The notes under the pieces are model-generated. The model did not search any database. It had not been told where the DNA came from and was given only the letters and a program-made list of their open reading frames with translations. 64,000 nt of DNA from Candidatus Poribacteria bacterium (GTDB taxonomy: Bacteria > Poribacteria > WGA-4E > WGA-3G), in the NCBI GenBank assembly GCA_963663765.2, contig CAXXUA010000006.1:384001-448000 (forward strand), written 5' to 3'. Each line of letters begins with the position of its first letter. Position 1 is the first letter of the stretch. Both the position numbers and the translations under genes were made by a program. Shown here piece after piece: positions 1 through 10,990 of the stretch.

Positions 1-4
1 CTTC

Positions 5-613
5 CTTTTAATCGAACCAGTTTGGAATAGAAACTCAACCAATCGTATCTTACTTGATTTCAAATCATATACTTTTAATCGAACCAGTTTGGAATAGAAA
101 CAACACATTTATTGCATCTAATTGAGCGTTCTTTAAACTTTTAATCGAACCAGTTTGGAATAGAAACTTGTAATTGGTCGGCATATCAAAGTTGAACTTG
201 GTTTTCTTTTAATCGAACCAGTTTGGAATAGAAACTTCTCAACTTGCTGATGCCTGTGATGCCTTTGTCTTTTGCCTTTTAATCGAACCAGTTTGGAATA
301 GAAACTGATGTAGCATTTCCTGAATTGTGAGTGAACGGTTTCTTTTAATCGAACCAGTTTGGAATAGAAACATTTTCAGATCTCCCAACACCGAAGCCAA
401 CCCCAAACTTTTAATCGAACCAGTTTGGAATAGAAACGGTCTTATTGTCCTTCTTCATATAGCCGTCTCGCTTCTTTTAATCGAACCAGTTTGGAATAGA
501 AACTTGATTTTAAATATGTAGTATGGAATGGCTAGGTTTGCTTTTAATCGAACCAGTTTGGAATAGAAACTTTTGCCACGCATTCCTACTGATTTTAAGT
601 CTTTCCTTTTAAT
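5..613 (+). CRISPR. CRISPR array fragment A (repeat CTTTTAATCGAACCAGTTTGGAATAGAAAC), 9 full repeats plus a truncated one; runs off the window start
   Basis: Identical 30-bp repeats at 5, 72, 138, 207, 276, 342, 408, 474 and 541 with unique 36-39 nt spacers. The tenth repeat is cut after CTTTTAAT (606-613) by a MITE. Confidence 0.98.
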
Positions 614-1189
614 CAATACCTTCGGCAATAATAGACATACTTCCAGATTGTGCGGGTAGTTGTAGCACATTCTTCCAGATTGTGCATATAAATTATTCTG
701 TCAGATTGCTGATATAGTCATTTCTATTGTCAAATTAGAGGATGTGATAACAGGGTTATTCAGTTTTCAATATTATTGATAATATTTTGCTATGTCGTTA
801 ATTTTATGTGTTGCCATCTTGTCCATGTCTTTAGTCCCGTAGGGACGATATGTTTATAGAAACATGTTATCTATCCCTCTTGAGTTCCGTAGGAACGACA
901 TAGAAAAATAAACATATCGTCCCTACGGGACTAAAGAGCGATATTCATTTTTCAATAATCTAAAACTGATGCAGAAAGTTCGGTTAGGAAACCCAACCTG
1001 GGTATTAACTTTCAGTAAATCTCAACAACAGAAAACTCTTAATACTAAATAACCCTGCTATGATAAAAAAACTTCAACGAAAACCTGAAGTTATTTTTAT
1101 TTATATAATCCTAACAATATCACAGAGCAATGGTAGATCAACACTATATACTCATTCAACTGAAGCACTCAAAAATGGCGAAGGTATTG
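614..1189 (-). mobile_element. MITE family A (TIR CAATACCTTCGCCA) carrying a nested family-B MITE at 751-1057
   Basis: Ends are CAATACCTTCGGCA and TGGCGAAGGTATTG. The body is the reverse complement of the copies at 36833, 49206 and 57177. The inner element has CAGGGTTATT/AATAACCCTG ends. Confidence 0.9.
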
Positions 1190-1394
1190 GTATATATTTA
1201 ATTGTTTTTATGCTATATTACGTGTATAATATATACATATTAGTCGTATTAGGTCGTATTAGGTCGTTTTAGGTCGTATTTAGTCACATTTAGATATATT
1301 AATCAGTCTATATCCTATTATGTTTTATGTATTGGTAATATGTTGGTAGCATATTGAGTTGCCATAATTGTAAGGAGTAAATTTTACGCTCTTC

Positions 1395-1786
1395 CGTCAA
1401 ATCCCCATGCTTTAGCTTGTAGGATGTTGACGGCTAAAGGTGTGATAGTCCAAAACAATTGAAATTCACACAGAAATGTGGTGTATTACTATTAGCACTT
1501 GGTTAGGGTTCTTCCCTCTCTCAATCTCTGAGAGAGGGAAGAACCCTAACCGATCCCGTGAGAAGTATCATGAGTGTGAAGTGCTATTCCACTAAAAACT
1601 ATATCGGTAACATCGCGTAATCTCGTAGTAGCAGTGAAATGCACACGTTGCGTTTGCTACCACTTTTCAACTTTCAAAACAGGCAGGCTTAGCTGCCTAA
1701 AATGGAGCAGATGTAAGACGTAGCTCAGATCGGCTGTCCGCGAGGAAGCACAAGCCCCAACGTTTACGCAGTGGGCAACTATGACT
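1395..1786 (+). mobile_element. Non-autonomous IS200/IS605-type remnant (end hairpins and tnpB-3'/omegaRNA-like tail, no intact ORF)
   Basis: Left hairpin CGTCAAATCCCCATGCTTTAGCTTGTAGGATGTTGACG. The right part GGAGCAGATGTAAGAC...GAAGCACAAGCCCCAACGTTTACGCAGTGGGCAACTATGAC resembles IS605 right ends. Confidence 0.55.
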
Positions 1787-2156
1787 CTCAAGATTCGGTC
1801 TAAAAAGAGGGTAAAGTGAAGATTAAGGCAACCTTTGATGTTTTAGTATTTCTTATGGCATTAATGGTTCTCTGTATGCATTTTACTATTTTGGCACAAG
1901 AAAGTTCATAGTTGGAAGATGCTGAAGTCGCTGTTAATCAAGTGGAGTGGGGTTCCTATGTGGTTTCCGACGGTTATTGTGGTTTTTACGCTGTAACCAC
2001 CGTCTGCAGCACGGTTCGTTGGAAAATCGCTAGAATATAACTGTATTTGTATACAAACTTACAAAGCAAAGGTCCGGAACCGTCAAGCAGGTCCTGTTTT
2101 CTGGGTTGTTTGGCTGGATGGCTTGCTTTATACTTAACCGGTCTGGTATCCAATCA

Positions 2157-2711
2157 ATGAAGATTATAGAATCTCTGTTGCCGCATCGCCCTCCATTTTT
2201 AATGGTTGAATCAATCATTGGATACATAGGTGGTGATACTCCTATTCTCAATGCGGAGCGACCTATCTGTCCCTCTGAGTCCGTGTTCTTCAGTGTTGAA
2301 CCGCCGTTGCATTGGCCATCGGTGTACATCATTGAAGGGCTGGCACAATGCTGTATTCTCTTGACTCTTATTTGGGCATGTGAACGTAGGTGTGAGGCGG
2401 ATGGATTAGGCGCGGAAAATGTGAGTGATCTTTTCACAAACACAGAGAGTGTTGATAACGACTACACTTTGGCGCAATTATTAGAAAATTTGACAGACAA
2501 AACAGTGAATGATGTTTCCAGAAAAGGCATGTTAGCTTCGGTAGATGTTGAGATCGTTGGTAATGTTCAAGCAGGCAAGTTACTTCAATATAGGATAGAA
2601 CTGACACGTGTGTTTGGAAGATTCGTCAGCTTTGCGGTACAAGCATCTGTTGAAACCCAGGTTGTCACCCATGGTACGATAGTGGGTGCACAATTGGAGA
2701 ATTATTTATGA
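2157..2711 (+). CDS. FabZ/FabA-like hotdog-fold dehydratase
   Basis: LLPHRPPFLMV motif and IIEGLAQ. ATG at 2157 chosen over the upstream TTG. Confidence 0.8.
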   Translation: MKIIESLLPHRPPFLMVESIIGYIGGDTPILNAERPICPSESVFFSVEPPLHWPSVYIIEGLAQCCILLTLIWACERRCEADGLGAENVSDLFTNTESVDNDYTLAQLLENLTDKTVNDVSRKGMLASVDVEIVGNVQAGKLLQYRIELTRVFGRFVSFAVQASVETQVVTHGTIVGAQLENYL

Positions 2712-4252
2712 CGCGCTATTCCGATGTAGTAATCATTGGTGGCGGCCTTGCGGGGTTGACTTTGGCACTTCAGCTGCGGCAAACGCTTCCGACACTCAGT
2801 GTGACAGTGCTTGAGCGGCACCGATACCCTGTTCCTGAAACAACTTTCAAGGTTGGTGAGTCAATGGTCGAGGTCTCTTCTTGGTATCTTCGAGAAACGT
2901 TGGGTTTAGGCGATCATCTTCTTGCGTCACACCTGCCCAAGTTTGGGTTGCGCTTTTTTATGAGTAACTCAGACAACAGGGATCTGGGATGCCGTCCGGA
3001 ATATGGTCTGCTCAGAATTCCAGAAGATATGCCCACTAAACCAAAGATGAACCTGCCGGGAATCCATCTGCCGACATATAACATTGACCGGGGACGTTTA
3101 GAGAACCATCTTCTGGAGTGCTGTCGCAAGATTGGTGCTGAAGTTATAGAAGCGTGCAAAGTTAAAAGTTTGAATCTCGGTGATCCGCATGAACTTGTCA
3201 CCGACACAAGTATGCCCAATTCAAAACTACGGTCGCGTTGGATTATTGACGCAACTGGTCGTGCGGGGTTCCTCGCGCGGCGTTTGAAACTTAGACAGAC
3301 GCGAGAACATGAGGTCAATGCTGCATGGTTTCGGCTTGCTGGACGGATAGACCCAGATTGTTGGAGCGAGGATACAGCGTATCACGATAGAACACGTCCA
3401 GGTCTACGTTGGCTAAGCACGAATCATTTAATGGGAGACGGTTACTGGATCTGGCTGATTCCACTTCCAAGTGGTGCTACGAGCGTCGGCATTATGGCAG
3501 ATCCTAACCGGCATGCGCTTGAGCAACTCAACCGATTTGAAAAGGTGTTGACTTGGCTTAAACGACGGGAACCGCAACTGGCTGAGGTTGTCAGTTCTAT
3601 GGAACATCTGGACTTTCACGCCATGAAAGCGAGATCTTATCTCTGTCGTCGGACACTTTCGGCGGATCGTTGGGCACTCTGCGGTGAATCCGCTTTTTTT
3701 GTAGATGCACTCTATTCACCGGGCGGCGATTTCATCGCTGTGGGGAACACCCTCATCACACAGATGATTGCGGCAGATTACGCCGAAGATCGACTCCGAT
3801 TAGCAATTCTTGCCAGATTTGGTGAGGGGTTGCTTAAAGGCATGTTCCGGCACTATTTTGGGTTGTATCACGGAAACTACGCGTTGATGGGGAGACCTGG
3901 AACCATGCTACAGAAGGTTGCATGGGACACTGCCGTTTACTTCGCTTACAATGTTCTGCTTTTCTGTAACGATCATTTCTGTGACCCTGGGTTTCACCAG
4001 ATGATTAAAAAGGAAAATGCCCTATTAGAGAGTCTGCAACAGCGTATGATACACCATTTCAAACGGTATGAATCACCAAGAAACTCTTACGCTGGGTACT
4101 TTATTGATCAAGCCTATGTTGAGCATGTTCAGTCGCTCTATTTGTCCAGTGAAGACCGTTTAGAAGATGTTGATGTGCTCAAAGCCCGGTTAAAAGAAAA
4201 TATAGATATCTTAGAGGATTTTAGCAAAACAATAGAGGAAATTGTGAGGTGA
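2708..4252 (+). CDS. Flavin-dependent halogenase
   Basis: GGGLAG FAD motif, KVGES, HLPKFGLRFF (candidate catalytic Lys), and the WxWxIP signature WIWLIP. Confidence 0.85.
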   Translation: MTRYSDVVIIGGGLAGLTLALQLRQTLPTLSVTVLERHRYPVPETTFKVGESMVEVSSWYLRETLGLGDHLLASHLPKFGLRFFMSNSDNRDLGCRPEYGLLRIPEDMPTKPKMNLPGIHLPTYNIDRGRLENHLLECCRKIGAEVIEACKVKSLNLGDPHELVTDTSMPNSKLRSRWIIDATGRAGFLARRLKLRQTREHEVNAAWFRLAGRIDPDCWSEDTAYHDRTRPGLRWLSTNHLMGDGYWIWLIPLPSGATSVGIMADPNRHALEQLNRFEKVLTWLKRREPQLAEVVSSMEHLDFHAMKARSYLCRRTLSADRWALCGESAFFVDALYSPGGDFIAVGNTLITQMIAADYAEDRLRLAILARFGEGLLKGMFRHYFGLYHGNYALMGRPGTMLQKVAWDTAVYFAYNVLLFCNDHFCDPGFHQMIKKENALLESLQQRMIHHFKRYESPRNSYAGYFIDQAYVEHVQSLYLSSEDRLEDVDVLKARLKENIDILEDFSKTIEEIVR

Positions 4253-5028
4253 GTATACACGTTGATCGTGTGAGGGTGCGGTTATCTCAATTATTCCGTG
4301 ATATACCACAGCCTTCGCCTATTGATGTCCATCCAAAAATATATGAGCGTGTATCGGATGCACGTGCATACTTTTTGCGTGGATTCAGTGAAGCACTGAA
4401 GGTTCCACCGGAAGCACTGCCTAATCTTTTGCAGGTTACGCCATTTCAAGGGCGTGGTTTCGCAATTGAAGGTATGGCTATGGCACTTACCTTAATGGAT
4501 GAATTAAGCCCAGTACCATATAGTAGGCTCTGTGTCTTGTTTGATGGTAGATCAGCTGAAGAACAGACACTTGCTGCGATTGGTGTCGGATGGGCAAGTG
4601 CGCGCTTGGGCAAACCGCTTGACTGGTCACCGACGGCGTTAGGTTCACATTATATGTCCGCAGTTGTAGACGGGTACGGCTTTCACCAAGGATTCTTCCA
4701 TCTCCAGCGGTTCACAGGCAGAGGATTTCCTATGAACACTGGCGTATTAAGCAATTTTTATGATATAGGTCTCGGACGTGCATTGTGGTTTGTTCATATC
4801 GGTCGCGTTGAACCTATTGTACACACGATTGACAGATTTTTACCGGACCGACGTATTCAACTTTGGCAAGGGGTCGGTACTGCTTGTGCTTTTACGGGTA
4901 GCACAGAATATGCAGCGGCACAGATAGGTGAAGCCGCTGCAAAGTTTGTGTCTGATTTTCAAATAGGATTAAAAACTGGCAAGCAATTGCTACATAATTT
5001 CGCTAAACAAACGGAGAAAATAAAATGA
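4249..5028 (+). CDS. DUF1702-like protein
   Basis: GFAIEGMAM, GVGWA, DGYGFHQGFF, GLGRALWF and LWQGVG motifs match my recollection of DUF1702 (UnbL-like). Confidence 0.7.
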   Translation: MSIHVDRVRVRLSQLFRDIPQPSPIDVHPKIYERVSDARAYFLRGFSEALKVPPEALPNLLQVTPFQGRGFAIEGMAMALTLMDELSPVPYSRLCVLFDGRSAEEQTLAAIGVGWASARLGKPLDWSPTALGSHYMSAVVDGYGFHQGFFHLQRFTGRGFPMNTGVLSNFYDIGLGRALWFVHIGRVEPIVHTIDRFLPDRRIQLWQGVGTACAFTGSTEYAAAQIGEAAAKFVSDFQIGLKTGKQLLHNFAKQTEKIK

Positions 5029-6116
5029 AAAGAAGAGATTTCTTGATAGGTGGTATGGGTGCCCTGGCAGCCGGTGTCACCGGTTGTGCGGGGATCAACC
5101 AAGTTATTGCCCCAAGTTGGTCCGATGTTACGCCTTTGGAGATGGATCGTTTTCTAATTGCTTCGGATGAAGCAATGAATCGCATTGTGGAAAACCCAGA
5201 CGGAGGGCACGCTATCAGTAAACTTCAACAGAAACCGATGCGTGAAAAAGACGCACAGCTGTTCCGTCAAAGTATGCGCTCTCTCCTACTCGTCGGCAAC
5301 TTCGGTGATTTATCTGTAGCTGGCCAAGTGCATCCGGGTGTCCAGAAAAGGCTTCACTACTCTGCTCCAGAGATGGGTGCAGCGGCCTTTGGTACAATGA
5401 ATCAGATGAGGTCGCTGTCTCCGACTGCGCGTGCCGATATTCAATCAGTTCTCCGTGAAGATCCCACGCTTGGTGCTCAAACGCTTGAGGCAATGGACCT
5501 TGAAGCTGCTGCTGTCGGGGCATCTAATCGTCGCCGAAAGCAGTTGCATGTGATAGGGCAACGTATCATTGATCGTTTGAAGCATTCCTCAGACATGTTT
5601 ATTAACGAATATGTCACCAAATGCGAAAAACTTGCAGCCTTATCAGGTTCCGCTGCTGAAACGCAGCGATTTATGGCGGCGCGCATAGGGCAGGCAGCTT
5701 TTAAAGCCCGGCTTAAGGAAGCAGAAAACGCGGTTCGGTATTGGCAAAAGCAGGATCTTGAAGATATTCCCATTAGCTATCAACCGGTGACAGATAAAGG
5801 AATAAACGACGAAAATTTGCCAGATGTTGCCAGCCAAGATCAACGCAAACCACAGCAGTTGCCGAAACCGGGAAATATAGCGAGCCAAAGTGGTAGCGAG
5901 CCAAGTGATGGTTGGTACAGATCAGGTTTATTTATGCTTGGGATTAGTAGTGTAGTCTTTGTGAGCGGTTTGGGACTCATCGCAATTGGTGGTGGCATAG
6001 ATTCAGAAGTGGGCAACGTTGGAGCAATTATGACCATCGGAGCTGTGTTACTTGGGATGTTTAGTTGTTGTATTATCCTCATCGGAGGTATTATAGATAT
6101 ATTTGATGGTCCATGA
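5025..6116 (+). CDS. Tat-exported putative lipoprotein with C-terminal transmembrane helices
   Basis: MKRRDFL twin-arginine motif, VTGC lipobox-like site, and two hydrophobic C-terminal segments. Confidence 0.7.
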   Translation: MKRRDFLIGGMGALAAGVTGCAGINQVIAPSWSDVTPLEMDRFLIASDEAMNRIVENPDGGHAISKLQQKPMREKDAQLFRQSMRSLLLVGNFGDLSVAGQVHPGVQKRLHYSAPEMGAAAFGTMNQMRSLSPTARADIQSVLREDPTLGAQTLEAMDLEAAAVGASNRRRKQLHVIGQRIIDRLKHSSDMFINEYVTKCEKLAALSGSAAETQRFMAARIGQAAFKARLKEAENAVRYWQKQDLEDIPISYQPVTDKGINDENLPDVASQDQRKPQQLPKPGNIASQSGSEPSDGWYRSGLFMLGISSVVFVSGLGLIAIGGGIDSEVGNVGAIMTIGAVLLGMFSCCIILIGGIIDIFDGP

Positions 6117-8041
6117 AAATTGTCGTCACTGGTCTCGGGGTACACTGTGCTTTGGGCAAAAACATTCAAACGTTCTGGCATGCTATAGAACAAGGCAGCA
6201 GCGGTATTGCATCTATCAATCGCTTCAACGTTGATTCATTTGATACCGAGTTGGGGGCGATGGTGTGTTCGGGCGATCGCTACGACACCGACGCACAACG
6301 TCTCTTGGCTTACGGGTGTGCTGCAGCCACTGAGGCGCTCCAACATGCCAAAATTGGCAATAGGGATCGAGTTGGCTTGGTGCTTGGGACTTGTAATGGA
6401 TTGTTGGGGAGAGAGTTACACAGTGTAAGCACTGATCTCGCGAGCACCTTGAAACTTGAAGGACCCGCTATTACTGTTTCAACAGCGTGTGCATCGTCCG
6501 CGCATGCGATAGGGTTCGCTGCAGATTTGGTACAACACGGTGTCGTTACGTCTGTTCTTGCAGGTGGCGTAGATATTCTCAGCGCAGAGATTTTCGCTGG
6601 ATTTCACAGTTTGGGTCTTCTCTCTAAACACCCGTGTGCGCCCTTCAGTACAAATATTGGAACTACCCTTGGTGAAGGTGCTGCGTTTATGGTTCTTGAA
6701 TCTGAATGCTCAGCGAAAGCACGGGATGCTACACCTCTGGCAGAATTCATGGGCTACGGATTGTCTGCCGATGCCTACCACGATACAACGCCTATCCCGT
6801 CAGGCTTAGGGATGTCACAGTCACTTACTGTTGCTGTGAAGGATGCAGGACTTACCTCCGAGGAAATTAACTATCTTAATGCTCATGGCACAGGCACAGC
6901 CTCGAACGATGCGTCTGAATGGCGGGGAATTCAGCGCGTCTTCGGCGATTTTGCTAACCTATTACCAGTTAGTTCAAGCAAGAGTTTTCTCGGCCACGCA
7001 CAAGGTGCTGCCGGTGCACTTGAGGCAGTGGTAACTTTGATGGCTATGAAGCACAAAGTTGTCCCTCCGACCATCAATGTTACGCAACTCCGTCGCAACG
7101 CTCCGACGGATCCCGTTGCAGAACCAAAACCGAGACCGTATATGATACGGCACGCCATAAGTACCAATGCGGCGTTTGGAGGTGTCAACACTGCCTTGGT
7201 TTTTGGGCAAGCAGATGGGACACCACGAGACCAGAGAGAAGTTCCACGTTTTATAAGCCTTACTGGCGAGGGAACAGTTCAAGATGGTCAACAAGTTATC
7301 CAGTTCGCGCCGCGTCCTGAGCTGCGAGGTATAGATATGTCAGCGCGCCTTCTCGCCGGTGCGACCGGTGCTGCCTTAGCAGATGCCGGAGTCCGCCTTC
7401 GAACATCAGGCTGCGAAGAGGTTGGTCTTTTCGTTGGTCAGACCCGAGTCTCGCCAGAGAGTGTCAAAGCCTTTGATAAAAGTGTTCAAGCAGGCGGATT
7501 AACACACCTTTCGGTAGCTGCCTTCACGCGAATGGTCTGTAATTATGCGACCGGTGTTTGTTGCAGACTTTTTGGATTAAAAGGTCCCACAGCGACACTT
7601 TCAACCGGAGTGGATAGTGGACTTACGGCTCTTATTTTTGCGGCAGACCATCTCGCCTGGCGTGATGATGTTAATCACCTATTGGCTGCAGCAGTTGACG
7701 AATCGGACGAATCGGATAATTATGAAAATGGAGCTGCCAGTATTCTTCTTAAAGCGGGAGAAGCGTCTGCTCCTATTAATCTAACCGGATGGGCACTTGC
7801 AACAAATTGTGAATTAGCTACTGAACGGGCTTTGGCGAATGCATCTCTCAACCGCGAAGCGGTTGTGCCGATGGCTGTTCCGGGACCCCCTACCGTTGCT
7901 GGACTTTGGGCAGTTATCGCTGCTATGGATGCCTTAAAAGCAGGGGCAAATGGGCCTTTCCTTATATGTAACCGAGGTGAGGGATCTGTAGGCGCAGCTG
8001 TCATTCTGCAAACTGGGAGCAAAGCATGCAACCTGAACTAA
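6113..8041 (+). CDS. Beta-ketoacyl-ACP synthase (KASII-type) fused to a second, CLF-like KS domain
   Basis: TACASS, NAHGTGT and KSFLGH catalytic triad motifs in the first domain. The second half has KGPTATLSTGVDSG, lacking the catalytic Cys. Confidence 0.85.
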   Translation: MKIVVTGLGVHCALGKNIQTFWHAIEQGSSGIASINRFNVDSFDTELGAMVCSGDRYDTDAQRLLAYGCAAATEALQHAKIGNRDRVGLVLGTCNGLLGRELHSVSTDLASTLKLEGPAITVSTACASSAHAIGFAADLVQHGVVTSVLAGGVDILSAEIFAGFHSLGLLSKHPCAPFSTNIGTTLGEGAAFMVLESECSAKARDATPLAEFMGYGLSADAYHDTTPIPSGLGMSQSLTVAVKDAGLTSEEINYLNAHGTGTASNDASEWRGIQRVFGDFANLLPVSSSKSFLGHAQGAAGALEAVVTLMAMKHKVVPPTINVTQLRRNAPTDPVAEPKPRPYMIRHAISTNAAFGGVNTALVFGQADGTPRDQREVPRFISLTGEGTVQDGQQVIQFAPRPELRGIDMSARLLAGATGAALADAGVRLRTSGCEEVGLFVGQTRVSPESVKAFDKSVQAGGLTHLSVAAFTRMVCNYATGVCCRLFGLKGPTATLSTGVDSGLTALIFAADHLAWRDDVNHLLAAAVDESDESDNYENGAASILLKAGEASAPINLTGWALATNCELATERALANASLNREAVVPMAVPGPPTVAGLWAVIAAMDALKAGANGPFLICNRGEGSVGAAVILQTGSKACNLN

Positions 8042-8328
8042 AAGAAAAAATTGAACATCGTGAAAATACACTCAATCGTGTGATTGAACTGCTAATTTCC
8101 GGTCTGCAACTTGATCGTTCTTATGAAGAATTAGATCCGGATACACCCCTTTTCGGTACCGGACTCGGGCTTGACTCTGTAGATGCTGTTGAGATCGTTG
8201 TGGCTTTGGAATCGGAATTCGGTGTTTCACTTGAGGAAGGTGATAGCATGTTCGCCCTACGCACAATTAATTCCCTTGTGGATGTGGTACTGAGTCAAAG
8301 TGAGGATAATCTTGATGACGGAAGCTGA
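8026..8328 (+). CDS. Acyl carrier protein
   Basis: PLFGTGLGLDSVDAVE phosphopantetheine attachment motif. Confidence 0.92.
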   Translation: MQPELKEKIEHRENTLNRVIELLISGLQLDRSYEELDPDTPLFGTGLGLDSVDAVEIVVALESEFGVSLEEGDSMFALRTINSLVDVVLSQSEDNLDDGS

Positions 8329-9343
8329 AATTAGTTATCATGCTATTCGTAACTCGGTTGCTTTTGCTGAAGAACCTGAGCTGCGGTGCCTGCAGCTGAC
8401 TGGTAGCCAAGCCATTGATGTGCTTGATGCCGTATGTCCATGCGATATCTTTCTTCAAGATGGGCAGATGAAGCACACATTGCTGCTGGACGATACGGGT
8501 GTCCCTTTTGCTGATGTGTATGTTTGCAGAGAAGACGAAAATGCGTATCTGATTGGCTATGGATCCAGTGCTGATGAGATTACCGACTGGATTACCAATC
8601 GCGCAACCGGTATTACCGATTTTTCAGTGGTCAATCTTGGCGAGTCATACGATAATTTGACAATTGAGGGTCCCTATGCTTGGGAACTGTGTGCGGAAGT
8701 ATTCGGGGCTGATATGCTCGGTTTACCCTATTTGGGGATGCAGGTGTTGAATGAAATGCTTGTGTTTCGTGCGGGCAGGACAGGGGAATATGGGTATCAC
8801 CTATTGGTGCCGACGGACCAAAAAGACAGTTGGATTGAAAATTTGCTTGCTACAGGTGCAGCATTCGAGATAGCACGCGCCGATGCGTCTGTCCGAGCCC
8901 AATGTGTATTAGAAAATTTCTTCTTTGATATCAATAGAGAAGGTGCGTATAATCTGACACCTTTGGAGTTGCAGCTACAGTGGCGGTTGTCCTCACAGAA
9001 AACCGCGTATCCCGGTGCTGAAGCGATACACGCGCGCCGACAATCTGGATGGACGCATAGGCTCACCTGTTTTACTACACCGGACCCTGTAAATGCTGAT
9101 GCAGAAATTACCTGTGAAGGTGTAGTCGTTGGGCATGTTTTAGTGGCAGGATATTCGCCTGCGCGAGGTGATTACGTGGGTAAGGCGTTGCTTCGCCAAC
9201 CGTATTGGCACGCTGGTTTGGATGCCTTTCAAGTCGGTGATATTCCTTTAAAGACCATCTCGGCTCCAGCGATCAATAACCTGAGTTTAAAAGTTAGCCC
9301 CTACCGTCACAGTTTTCACACGCGAGCGGAGGACCTAATCTGA
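8315..9343 (+). CDS. GcvT/aminomethyltransferase-like folate-binding protein
   Basis: YHAIRNSVA, EGPYAWEL, RAGRTGEYGY and GYSP motifs of the GcvT fold. Confidence 0.75.
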   Translation: MTEAEISYHAIRNSVAFAEEPELRCLQLTGSQAIDVLDAVCPCDIFLQDGQMKHTLLLDDTGVPFADVYVCREDENAYLIGYGSSADEITDWITNRATGITDFSVVNLGESYDNLTIEGPYAWELCAEVFGADMLGLPYLGMQVLNEMLVFRAGRTGEYGYHLLVPTDQKDSWIENLLATGAAFEIARADASVRAQCVLENFFFDINREGAYNLTPLELQLQWRLSSQKTAYPGAEAIHARRQSGWTHRLTCFTTPDPVNADAEITCEGVVVGHVLVAGYSPARGDYVGKALLRQPYWHAGLDAFQVGDIPLKTISAPAINNLSLKVSPYRHSFHTRAEDLI

Positions 9344-10086
9344 TGCGTTGGGAAGGTTCAACTGTGTTAGTCACGGGTGCTTCTCGAGGATTGGGAGGGA
9401 TCATCGCTAAAGCGTTTGCAGACGAAGGTGCCTTCGTCGGGATTGGTTACCGTCGCTTTGACAAGGGTGCTGAGAAAACGCTTGCCGAGATCCGCCGAGA
9501 TGGTGGAAGTGCTACACTGGTAAAAGCAGATGTGAGCGATGCTGAAGCAGTTGACAAGGCGATTAAAGTTTTCCTTGTTCAGCGTGAAGGTATTGATGTG
9601 TTGGTAAATAACGCAGCAATTGTAGAGGACAAGCCTTTCGCGCTCATGTCTACAGAGAGTTGGACAGCAATCCTTGAAACTAACCTCGGCGGTGTTTTCA
9701 ATTGTTCACGAGCAGTGGTCCGTTCAATGATGGCAAAAGGTAAAGGTTCTATTGTAAATATTGGTTCTGTAGCGGGGCTTATTGCTAGTCCTGGACAAGC
9801 CAATTACGCAGCATCTAAAGGTGGAATTATGGCTTTGACGCGTACTTTAGCGGCTGAACTTGCCCCTAAAGGGATTCGTGTTAATACTGTGGTGCCTGGA
9901 CTTCTCACAGAAGGTATGGCACAGCGAATGAATAGACACCTTGCTGAAGAGAAGCGATGCCACATTCCCTTAGCCCGTTTTGGAAACCCCGAAGAGGTTG
10001 CTCACGCAGTGCTTTTTCTCGCTTCCGATGAGGCGAGTTATATCACAGGGCAGCAGTTAGTCGTAGACGGAGGGTTGTCATTGTGA
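9343..10086 (+). CDS. fabG: 3-oxoacyl-ACP reductase (SDR)
   Basis: TGASRGLG, NNA, YAASK and YITGQ-x-x-VDGG motifs. Confidence 0.9.
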   Translation: MRWEGSTVLVTGASRGLGGIIAKAFADEGAFVGIGYRRFDKGAEKTLAEIRRDGGSATLVKADVSDAEAVDKAIKVFLVQREGIDVLVNNAAIVEDKPFALMSTESWTAILETNLGGVFNCSRAVVRSMMAKGKGSIVNIGSVAGLIASPGQANYAASKGGIMALTRTLAAELAPKGIRVNTVVPGLLTEGMAQRMNRHLAEEKRCHIPLARFGNPEEVAHAVLFLASDEASYITGQQLVVDGGLSL

Positions 10087-10943
10087 AGACTGCCCTTCTC
10101 TTTAGCGGTCTGGGTGATCCCACTACGCACACAGTCCTGCAGCGGGAAATGGCACAAGATTCTCGATTGATTGAATGTGCTCTTCGTGCCAGCAACTGTA
10201 CTGCTGACTCGCTTTTTTCTGATGATGGACGCATGCTGCAGTTAAGCGAGGTAATTCAACCCTTACATATTGCTTTAGCGTTGACACAAGCACTCAGGGC
10301 GCGGGAGGAGGGCTTTGAAGCAGATTTCTTTGCTGGTCATTCTTTAGGAGAAGTCGCAGCATGGACATTCGCGGGCGCGATGTCCGCTGAAGATGCCATC
10401 GAAATCGCTGCAGTTCGGGGACGATCCATGGGGGCCGTTGCTCGTATCTATGAAGGCGATATGCTCGCGTTAACTGATATTGATGCGGGTGGGGTGCAAA
10501 AAATGCTGACTATTGGACAGACACACGGTCGGTTGACCGTGGGAGCATACAATGCACCTCAAGAAGTCGTTCTCACGGGAACGTTTCCGGCATTACAAGC
10601 AGTCGTACCTCTTTGCCAATCCCGCCGTTTAAACGTGGGCGGTCCCTGGCACAGCCCGCTTATGAAAGAAGCAACCCCAGAACTTGCTGCAGCGTTAGAC
10701 AGGGTGTGCATCAGACAAAATATTCGTCCTATTATTTCTGGAATCACTGGGGCTTGCATCAATGACACAAAAGATATAGTGTCTCAATTTCTGTCACAAT
10801 TGACTGAACCCTTACATTGGACGACTGCCCTCGCCACCTTAGCCTCATTAGGGGTTGAACGTTTCGTGATAGCAGGTCCGGGTAGAACACTCCGTTATTT
10901 GGTACGTCGTAATCTCCCCCAAGCAAAAGTAGCGTTGATATGA
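10083..10943 (+). CDS. fabD: ACP S-malonyltransferase
   Basis: GHSLGE active site and GPWHSPLM. Confidence 0.88.
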   Translation: MKTALLFSGLGDPTTHTVLQREMAQDSRLIECALRASNCTADSLFSDDGRMLQLSEVIQPLHIALALTQALRAREEGFEADFFAGHSLGEVAAWTFAGAMSAEDAIEIAAVRGRSMGAVARIYEGDMLALTDIDAGGVQKMLTIGQTHGRLTVGAYNAPQEVVLTGTFPALQAVVPLCQSRRLNVGGPWHSPLMKEATPELAAALDRVCIRQNIRPIISGITGACINDTKDIVSQFLSQLTEPLHWTTALATLASLGVERFVIAGPGRTLRYLVRRNLPQAKVALI

Positions 10944-10990
10944 AGTAGTCCCAAATTCTCTTATTTGACCTTGTTCAGGGAATACGCCTC

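Noticed and set aside
1816-2130. Possible decayed small secreted-protein gene upstream of the cluster
   Set aside because: It contains stops and frameshifts, and I cannot support a family assignment without a search.
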